Positions 17,759 to 24,640 of a stretch of 30,728 nucleotides of DNA are shown here, piece after piece; position 1 is the first letter of the stretch; each line of letters starts with the position of its first letter. The stretch is from a bacterium. GTDB taxonomy: Bacteria; Zhuqueibacterota; Zhuqueibacteria; Zhuqueibacterales; Zhuqueibacteraceae. The DNA is taken from NCBI GenBank assembly GCA_044869275.1, contig JBIOXB010000017.1, positions 1 to 30,728 of the forward strand. The letters are read 5' to 3'. The translations under genes were made by a program, and so were the position numbers. A model generated the notes under the pieces. That model searched no databases. It saw only the letters and a program-made list of their open reading frames with translations, and was not told where the DNA came from.

Positions 17759-17799
17759 TTTCAATAGCGTGTTTTGAAATCCAGAGCACACGGAAATTG

Positions 17800-17937
17800 T
17801 GGATTAGTGGATTGTTGGATTACTGGATTACTGGATTGATGAAGTCTGCTTTTCCATCACTCCATCACTCCATCACTCTATCACTCCATCACTCCAATAA
17901 TCCATTATTCCAATAATCCATTATTCCATCAATCCAC
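17800..17937. repeat. Inverted arrays of 8-bp tandem repeats (TGGATTNN x5 / TCCANNAN x10)
   Basis: 17800-17839 TGGATTAG/GT/AC/AC/GA; 17853-17932 TCCATCAC, TCCAATAA, TCCATTAT units; overlaps the stop codon of the 2Fe-2S gene. Confidence 0.95.
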
Positions 17938-18390
17938 TTGCCCAGCTGCCGCCTTGATTGCGTCGATAATTTTCATGTACCCCGTGCAGCGGCAAAGATT
18001 CCCGGCAATGCCTTCTTTGATTTCTTCACGTGTGGGATGGCGGTTCTCATGCAACAACGCGGTGGCCGCGATCAGCATGCCCGGCGTACAGATGCCGCAT
18101 TGGGCGCCCCCGTGTTCGAGAAAAGCCTGCTGCACCACGCTCAATTTGTCGCTGTGCGCCAAGCCTTCAACGGTGGCGATGAGCGTACGGTCAACTTGAC
18201 AGGCCGGGATCAAGCATGAATTCACCACCTCGCCATTGAGCAGGATCGAACACGAGCCGCATTCGCCCTCACCGCATCCCTCCTTCGTGCCGGTCAAGCG
18301 CAAATCTTCGCGCAAAACATCGAGCAACCGCTTCATGGGCGGCACCTCGAGCTCGTATGCCTTATTATTGACTTCAAATTTGATATTCAT
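17929..18390 (-). CDS. Xanthine dehydrogenase-family [2Fe-2S] subunit (XdhC/CoxS-like)
   Basis: GTKEGCGEGECGSC...NSC and QCGICTPG...GNLCRCTGY. Confidence 0.96.
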   Translation of the reverse strand: MNIKFEVNNKAYELEVPPMKRLLDVLREDLRLTGTKEGCGEGECGSCSILLNGEVVNSCLIPACQVDRTLIATVEGLAHSDKLSVVQQAFLEHGGAQCGICTPGMLIAATALLHENRHPTREEIKEGIAGNLCRCTGYMKIIDAIKAAAGQVD

Positions 18391-18397
18391 TGAGTTT

Positions 18398-20713
18398 CTA
18401 TCCTCGACTCGCCAACAACAGCTTCTCCGGCGTCATCGGCACTTCGATCGGGAAAATACCCGTCGCTTGCCACACCGCCGCTGCTACCGCTGCCGCGCCG
18501 CCGTCCATGGGCAGCTCACCAATGCCTTTGGCGCCGTGCGGGCCGTATGGGTATGGGTTCTCGATCAAGACCGTGTGCATCTCCGGCGTGTCGAGTGAAG
18601 TTGGAATGAGGCAATTCGTCATGCGATTATTCAACACTTTGCCGTTTTGCATGACGACCTCTTCAATGGTGGCGTGGCCCACGGCCTGCAACGTGCCGCC
18701 CTCGATTTGTCCCGCCAGCAAAATGGGATGCAAAGCTTTGCCGCAATCAATAGCCGAGACACATTCGAGCACTTTGATCTCGAAGGTATCCATATCGACC
18801 TCGACCTTCGCAACGTCGCACCCCCAGCCGAAGACCGGATACGCGTCGCCACGGTAGGTTTCGTCGCTCCACTGAATGTCTTCCGGCAATTTGTAACCAT
18901 GCAAAATTCTTGTTTCGCCATGCTCGGCCAGGTACAATTTTGCCGTTTCCGCAAAGCTCGCCAAGGCGCGATCATTTGCCCGCACTTCGCCGTTGCGAAT
19001 TTCTGCTGCAGGAGAATGCCAGCGCGTGCGCGCAAAATCTTCAAGCCGGCGTTTCAGCTCGTGCGTCGCATCTTGTAAAGCTTTGCCCACGATCATACAT
19101 GTTCGTGAAGCGACCGTCGGGCCGCTATCCGGCACCAGCGCCGTATTCGGCTGGGCAAATTCGACATCTTCATACTTTACGCCGAGGGCTTCGGCCACGA
19201 GCTGGCAAAACACGGTTTCCGTGCCCTGGCCCATTTCCGTCGAGCTGCTCAGCACACGCGCTTTGCCTTCCGGCGTCAATGCGATGCCGGCGCGTGTGGG
19301 CAGGCGGGTTTCGCCACTGCCGGTAAAACCTGCCCCGTGATAAAACAACGAAAGCCCGACGCCATAGCGCTTGTGGGGATGGTTTTGTCCGGGCGCTGAT
19401 TCGAATTCTTGCACGAAATTCGATTCTTTGACGGCGGCCTCCAACACCTGCTCCGTGCTAACGCTCAAAGTCAGCTTTTGTCCGGTCGCGGTCATGTCCC
19501 CTTCGCGCAGTAAATTTTGGCGGCGTATTTCCAGCGGCGAAATGCCGAGCGCATCGGCAATTTTGTTCATCTGCATTTCGTAAGCAAAACAGGTCTGGGG
19601 CGCGCCGAAGCCGCGAAACGCGCCTGCCGGCGGCGTATTGGTCGCCATCACCCGCGCGCGAATGCGCACGTTCGGGCAATTGTACGGCCCGAGCGCGTGA
19701 ATCGCGCCGCGCGACAACACCACGGCGCTCAACGTCGCATACGCACCTCCGTCCATGATGACCTCAATATCGGCCGCGACGAGCTTGCCCTCGCGTGTGA
19801 CGCCGGTCTGGTGATGCACGAGGGCGGGATGTCTTTTCGTCGTTGCGGCAATATCTTCTGATCGATCGTAAACAATTTTCACGGCCTTGCCTGATTTGCG
19901 CGCCAGTACCGCCGCGTGGCCCGCGATCATGTTGGGATATTCTTCCTTGCCGCCGAATGCGCCGCCCGTGGTCGTTTGCATCACGATGACTTTGTCGTCC
20001 GGTAAATCGAACAAGACTTTCAACGCTTTGTGGACGTAATACGGGCATTGCAGCGAGCCCTGCACCGTGATCGCTCCGTCCGGCCCGGGAATGGCGATCA
20101 TGCCTTGTGGCTCGATGTAGATATGTTCCTGCGCGCCGGTACGGTAGCTGCCCTCCACTATCACCTCGGCCTGGGCAAAACCCGCCGCCACCTCGCCGCG
20201 TTGGATCAAATACTTTTTGATGACATTGTCCGATTTGTGAATGATCATCTCGCGCTCGCCCCTCTCGCCGGCAGTAATGGCCTCCTCGGGCGAGAGAATC
20301 GGCTTCTTCTCCTCATAAACAATCTCGAGGTGACACGCGGCAGCTTCCAGCATCTCGCGATCTTTGCATGCCAGCAGAAGAATCGGCTCAGCGTGATGCC
20401 GCACTTCCTTCTCCACCAACAGGGGCTGATCGTCTTCAATCAAAGCCACGACGTTGCGGCCCGGAATGTCGCGATAGTCTGCCCTCACGATCTGGCTCCA
20501 ATCAAAAGCCTGATCGAATTTTATTTCACGAATGAGGCCGCGTGCGATCGTGCTGCGTATGGTTTTGCCGTAAAGCATCTCAGGATAGGTGAGATCATCA
20601 ACGTACTGTGCCTGGCCCAAGATCTTCGCCTGGCCCTCTTTGCGCGGCACATTCGTGCCGACGATGCTTTCCGTCGTCTCATGATTCTTGGCAGGGGCAG
20701 TCTCTCGGTACAT
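18398..20713 (-). CDS. Xanthine dehydrogenase-family molybdopterin-binding subunit
   Basis: QEHIYIEP, GGAFGGKEE, AFRGFGAPQ, EMGQG, ASRT, GQIEGG, AKGIGELP; not the CODH AYRCSFR/AYRGAGR loop. Confidence 0.94.
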   Translation of the reverse strand: MYRETAPAKNHETTESIVGTNVPRKEGQAKILGQAQYVDDLTYPEMLYGKTIRSTIARGLIREIKFDQAFDWSQIVRADYRDIPGRNVVALIEDDQPLLVEKEVRHHAEPILLLACKDREMLEAAACHLEIVYEEKKPILSPEEAITAGERGEREMIIHKSDNVIKKYLIQRGEVAAGFAQAEVIVEGSYRTGAQEHIYIEPQGMIAIPGPDGAITVQGSLQCPYYVHKALKVLFDLPDDKVIVMQTTTGGAFGGKEEYPNMIAGHAAVLARKSGKAVKIVYDRSEDIAATTKRHPALVHHQTGVTREGKLVAADIEVIMDGGAYATLSAVVLSRGAIHALGPYNCPNVRIRARVMATNTPPAGAFRGFGAPQTCFAYEMQMNKIADALGISPLEIRRQNLLREGDMTATGQKLTLSVSTEQVLEAAVKESNFVQEFESAPGQNHPHKRYGVGLSLFYHGAGFTGSGETRLPTRAGIALTPEGKARVLSSSTEMGQGTETVFCQLVAEALGVKYEDVEFAQPNTALVPDSGPTVASRTCMIVGKALQDATHELKRRLEDFARTRWHSPAAEIRNGEVRANDRALASFAETAKLYLAEHGETRILHGYKLPEDIQWSDETYRGDAYPVFGWGCDVAKVEVDMDTFEIKVLECVSAIDCGKALHPILLAGQIEGGTLQAVGHATIEEVVMQNGKVLNNRMTNCLIPTSLDTPEMHTVLIENPYPYGPHGAKGIGELPMDGGAAAVAAAVWQATGIFPIEVPMTPEKLLLASRG

Positions 20714-20757
20714 GGGATGCTCGAAATATGGGATTCATGGTTGGAACTATGCACTGC

Positions 20758-20937
20758 AAAATAAAAAAATCCACTGGAAAGGCAAGAGCGAAAATGCCGT
20801 AGTGCCATGCCGCTGATCAGACCCTCATTCGACGGAAACTTCGCCTGAGGTGGACTGGCGGGTGGCTGGAGACGATCCTGGTTAATTCTTCTACGGGGAC
20901 GGGAGTGTCTCTTTCATTTTCGTAATCCCGTACCAGG
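20758..20937 (-). promoter_or_regulatory. Candidate structured cis-regulatory RNA (riboswitch-like leader) of the xanthine dehydrogenase operon
   Basis: Two nested-IR domains (20877-20937 and 20797-20875) followed by an overlapping stem and a U-tract (20758-20769) 45 nt before the ATG; family not recognised. Confidence 0.55.
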
Positions 20938-21059
20938 TTGATACACTTGCTTTTCGAGTTAGAGGGGAAGCGCGAGGGGAATAGATGAGAGGCAAAACTT
21001 TGCGTCTAAATTTTACGGGAGTTAGCAGGTAAGAAAAAAGACAAATGACGGCAGAAATG

Positions 21060-21076
21060 CTGGCACATGATTTGAT
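21060..21076 (+). promoter_or_regulatory. sigma54-type -24/-12 promoter candidate
   Basis: CTGGCAC-ATGAT-TTGAT: GG-N10-GA, one deviation from TGGCAC-N5-TTGCW. Confidence 0.5.
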
Positions 21077-21086
21077 ATCAAAATAA

Positions 21087-21206
21087 ACAACACACGATAC
21101 AATATTTTGTTCGCCTCCGGCGGACGAAATTTACCATAGAGTTTTCCATCCACCCCTCCTTTCCTGGAACGGCGGAGATACGAAAGTGTCTCCGCCGTTT
21201 TTATTT
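21087..21206 (+). ncRNA. Candidate small RNA (about 120 nt) with anti-SD segment
   Basis: 12-bp hairpin 21104-21130 with two G-U pairs valid only on the + strand, C/U-rich CCATCCACCCCTCCTTTCC linker, then a + strand terminator. Confidence 0.5.
21168..21206 (+). terminator. Intrinsic terminator (polarised to + strand; may be bidirectional)
   Basis: AACGGCGGAGATAC-GAAA-GTGTCTCCGCCGTT then TTTATTT; GNRA loop, G-U pair and U-tract all favour the + strand. Confidence 0.8.
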
Positions 21207-22003
21207 CACAGCTGGCGGATGGAAATCGATCCATTGGTGGTGCGCAACGTCACGCGGCCGCCGTTGTCGCCGATCTTGCCCTCCAGTTCGTTGCGCCCCA
21301 TGCGCCCGGCAACGGTCACGGGAAAATCGCAGTTGATCGAACCATTCGTGGTGCGTGCGGAGATCGTGGCGCTAAAGTCTTGCGGAAAGGCGGCGGTCAC
21401 GCTGCCATTGGTGGTCTCAAAATACATCGATTCATTGTCCGCAACCTTTGCGAGCGAGACCTGAATGCGGCCATTCGTGGTTTCGGCGGAAACGCTGCCG
21501 ACGGCTTCTTCGACTTGTACGCCACCATTGGTGGTCTGCAATTCGGCCCGGCCCGAAATATCGCGCGCTTCAATTTTTCCATTCACCGATTTGACTTTGA
21601 GCTGAATCTCGCGCGGCACGGTAATGACGTAATTCACCGTCACATTGCAGCCGTCCTCGCCAAACATCCAGCTCCAAAAACTGTCGCCACCTTTGCCGCG
21701 CGGCGTGCGCGTATCGACCTCAACGCTGCTGGCCTCCTGCCGTACGATGATCTCCGTGGCCTCCAGCATTTTCTGCGCATCGGATTCCCGGCTAGCGCGC
21801 GCGATTTTTTCCGCTTCGATTCTAACCTCGTTCTTGTCCCAAGCCACGATCGTCACGCTGCCATTCTCATTCTGAAGTGAGAAGCGGCCATTTTTGCTCA
21901 AGGGGCAAGTTTTCTCGAATTTTTCCCGCAACTCGCCCGCCATCGCACTGGCCGCAATTAACATCAGCATCAATGCAAAATATTTGAGAGGAGAAAGTCG
22001 CAT
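21206..22003 (-). CDS. DUF4097-family beta-strand repeat protein (LiaG/adhesin-like), secreted
   Basis: Signal peptide (AMA-G); repeated T/S-V/T-NG-x-I/V units (SVNGKI, TTNGGV, TTNGRI, TTNGSV, TTNGSI). Confidence 0.9.
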   Translation of the reverse strand: MRLSPLKYFALMLMLIAASAMAGELREKFEKTCPLSKNGRFSLQNENGSVTIVAWDKNEVRIEAEKIARASRESDAQKMLEATEIIVRQEASSVEVDTRTPRGKGGDSFWSWMFGEDGCNVTVNYVITVPREIQLKVKSVNGKIEARDISGRAELQTTNGGVQVEEAVGSVSAETTNGRIQVSLAKVADNESMYFETTNGSVTAAFPQDFSATISARTTNGSINCDFPVTVAGRMGRNELEGKIGDNGGRVTLRTTNGSISIRQL

Positions 22004-22036
22004 GATAATCCCTGCGTTTTGGTGTTTTTATCGTGA

Positions 22037-22897
22037 TTACCGCAGTTCCACCCGGCATTCGCCCAAGCCGGAGCTCACGCGCAACTGAAACGTCTGATCC
22101 GCGCGATCGTAATTTTCAGTAAAATAGTATCGTCCATCCTGGCGCAACTCATACGGCAAGTCGAGATGGGATAGAAAAAGAAATTTGGACACGGAAAGCT
22201 TTGTGCCGGCTTCGCGAGGCAGGATGATGGCGGTCTCGCCGATATCCAAATCCACGCGGGCCACGGCGTCCTTGGTCATTTCGCCGCTGAAATCAATGGT
22301 CAATCCGCCGATGCCGCCGTTGATGTCGGCATCGCGAAAGCGCGCATTGCCGAGGCGGATGTACTTGGAATCGCCGACTTTGGTACTGAGATCAAGGTTG
22401 GACATTTCCGTGCGATTCGGCTCTTTGAAATCCAAATTCACCTCACCCGCCATGGTTTCCAGTGCCATCTCGGCGATTTTGAGTCCGCCCAACTGCATGT
22501 CGATTTCACCGGCCTTGATCTTGAACTCCAAATGCAATTCGGCTTCGGTGGGCAGTTCCATTTCGAGTTCGGCCGCGTCGTGATTGTTCTCGCGGTCAAA
22601 CCATTTTTGCCGGTCGAAGGCGATCTCCAGGGTGTTGCGGCTTTCGTTGAAACGAAAAGTATGATGATACAATATCTTATCATAACGCAGGCCCACGTGC
22701 ACTTTGTCCTCACTGCTCCCTTTGGCCACGCGCACCTGGCCGGCATCGACTTCAACGCGAACGTGCAAAGGCTCGCTCTTGTTCACCTTGAAGCTGGTTT
22801 GCAAATCTTCCGCATCCGGCCGTTCCGTTTCCTGGGCCAAGATCAGGCCAGGCACGCACAGGGCTGCCAAACAAATCATCATTCGTATTTGGGTCAT
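22037..22897 (-). CDS. Secreted beta-repeat protein (LiaF/DUF2154-, toast-rack-like)
   Basis: GGAGG RBS, ATG 22897, signal peptide; repeats DAGQV, KAGEI, MAGEV, GIGGL, DIGET, GLGEC. Confidence 0.75.
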   Translation of the reverse strand: MTQIRMMICLAALCVPGLILAQETERPDAEDLQTSFKVNKSEPLHVRVEVDAGQVRVAKGSSEDKVHVGLRYDKILYHHTFRFNESRNTLEIAFDRQKWFDRENNHDAAELEMELPTEAELHLEFKIKAGEIDMQLGGLKIAEMALETMAGEVNLDFKEPNRTEMSNLDLSTKVGDSKYIRLGNARFRDADINGGIGGLTIDFSGEMTKDAVARVDLDIGETAIILPREAGTKLSVSKFLFLSHLDLPYELRQDGRYYFTENYDRADQTFQLRVSSGLGECRVELR

Positions 22898-22950
22898 AAG
22901 CCATCCCTCCGGTACCGGATCATTGATACCATTTTTGTTTTGTTCTAACT

Positions 22951-22975
22951 TACGAAGAAAGCTGGCCAATGTTAC
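22951..22975 (-). promoter_or_regulatory. ECF sigma-type promoter
   Basis: Minus strand GTAAC-N16-CGTA (AAC/CGT signature) about 55 nt upstream of ATG 22897. Confidence 0.6.
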
Positions 22976-23123
22976 GGGGATGGGAAAATTCAAAAGATTA
23001 AAAGAGCACAAAAGTTCACATACAAAGCGGGCAATTGGATATTCGCAGGGCAGGTATGCGTTTCAGCGCGACGGTCGGACACGCGGGTCTGAGAAGAAAC
23101 TCCTTGGCTGCTTCGGCCAACCT

Positions 23124-24536
23124 TCAAATACGTTTGGAAAAATACCGCCCAAAAATCAAATCGCTCAATCTAATGACTTCTTTCGCGTATGGGCTGATTT
23201 TGCGGCGGTGCAATTCTTGATCTAACAGAGCCTTCGCTTCTTTCCAACTCTGCACCGCTTCCAAACGTTGGACGAATTCCGTATAGGCATCGACGTCGCG
23301 TCCGAAAACTTTGCGCACGAAGAGCTTGCGACTTCTTTCGTCAATGAGTTGCACCAAGGAGGGAAAGGGACCGGGGGGTTGCTGCTCCAGCTTCGAGCGG
23401 TAGATAATTGGCTCTTCTTCATCGAACCGTATCACCGGCTGGCGCGGAGCCTCTGCTTTTGCCGCAGGCTGAAGCAGGGAGGAATCTATCTCACCGGCAA
23501 GAATGCCGGCTTCCACGCCGCTCGCCGCTTTTTCTGCCTCTTCATTTTTTCTCGGAACGAGATTCGAATCAGTTACACGCAGCTCACGCACCGTGGTCTT
23601 GACGAGCTGGCTTTCCATCTCGTCCGCGGCCTGTCCGAGAAAATCGCCGAAGTCAATGTCCGGCGCTAATTCCAATTCCTCTGCCGGGGCGGATGGGCGG
23701 GAGGACCAGTCGGTGCGATTCCAATGGCGGCGAATGAGCTTTTCGATCTCCCGGATCGGCCAAAATTCCTGTTGCGTGAATTGCGGCAACAGGCTTTCCG
23801 CCAGCTCGGTCAAATTACGCTCGTAGAGCATCGCCAGAATCGTCTGATTGGCGATGGCGCCCTCCGGCGCTTCCTGGCCGAGCAGCACGTGGCGGTAGTT
23901 TTGATAGGCGTAAAAATCCTGCAACAGCGGCGCTGCAGAGTTGCCGCGATAGACTTGCCGCTCGATTTGGCGGCAGAGTGCACTGAACGCCTCTTTGGTC
24001 ACGCTGCTGTCGGGATAAGTCGAGACGCTCTCCCGCAATGCCGCTGGAAATGGGCGCTCGCCTTCTAAGCCGGCCAGAATCACGCCGAGGTCTTCGCGCT
24101 CTCTTGCGGCCGCGTGTTGATACAGCAACTTCTCCAAAAAACGCCGCGGTTTGACGATGAGATCGAACTGCAAACCGACGCCGAAACCTAATACCGGCTT
24201 CAGTTCGGTCAAATCGAAAATCATGCGCTCGCAAAACATGTCGCGTAACAGGCGCAATTGCCGGCGAATGTCAGGATCATCCAGTTCATATTGCCGTGAC
24301 GATTGCAGCACGAACGGCTTCTCTTTACGCACCACGTTTTTGGCGTGATTGCGCAGCACCACTTTCAAAACTTCGGGCAAATCAAATGCGAGCAACTCCC
24401 GCGAAGAAATCGACTCCTTGCCATTGGCGAGATGTTGTAGCAATGCCGTGACCAGCTTATCCCGCTCCGCGTCCCAATAATCGGGCCTGGTGCGGCGAAG
24501 CGTTCCGGTGGAAGTTGTCGGCGTGATCGTCTCCAA
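23124..24536 (-). CDS. Conserved hypothetical protein with acidic linker and small helical C-terminal domain
   Basis: 470-aa ORF, GGGAG RBS with TTG start (24536 or 24542); C-terminal SLVQLIDERSRKLFVRKVFG...SWKEA domain resembles an FCB-group conserved domain (recollection). Confidence 0.75.
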   Translation of the reverse strand: METITPTTSTGTLRRTRPDYWDAERDKLVTALLQHLANGKESISSRELLAFDLPEVLKVVLRNHAKNVVRKEKPFVLQSSRQYELDDPDIRRQLRLLRDMFCERMIFDLTELKPVLGFGVGLQFDLIVKPRRFLEKLLYQHAAAREREDLGVILAGLEGERPFPAALRESVSTYPDSSVTKEAFSALCRQIERQVYRGNSAAPLLQDFYAYQNYRHVLLGQEAPEGAIANQTILAMLYERNLTELAESLLPQFTQQEFWPIREIEKLIRRHWNRTDWSSRPSAPAEELELAPDIDFGDFLGQAADEMESQLVKTTVRELRVTDSNLVPRKNEEAEKAASGVEAGILAGEIDSSLLQPAAKAEAPRQPVIRFDEEEPIIYRSKLEQQPPGPFPSLVQLIDERSRKLFVRKVFGRDVDAYTEFVQRLEAVQSWKEAKALLDQELHRRKISPYAKEVIRLSDLIFGRYFSKRI

Positions 24537-24640
24537 GCGCAACGGCTCCCAAAAATCAAAATGGATTGAGGGTCGATCGAATTTCTGGAGGCATGCAACC
24601 CTAACCCTATATCAATCCAGAAATCATTCACTCCAGGCTT

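Noticed and set aside
17800..17937. Possible CRISPR array
   Set aside because: 8-bp tandem period with no unique spacers and no cas genes
16895..20713. Aerobic CO dehydrogenase (coxMSL)
   Set aside because: The large subunit has AFRGFG, not AYRCSFR or AYRGAGR; gene order is L-S-M and there are no cox accessory genes
20797..20937. Assignment of the structured region to 6S, SRP, purine, ZTP or Moco RNA
   Set aside because: Only short fragments match by eye (e.g. GACTGGCG on plus, CTCCCGT on minus); full consensus and context do not fit. An Rfam scan is still needed
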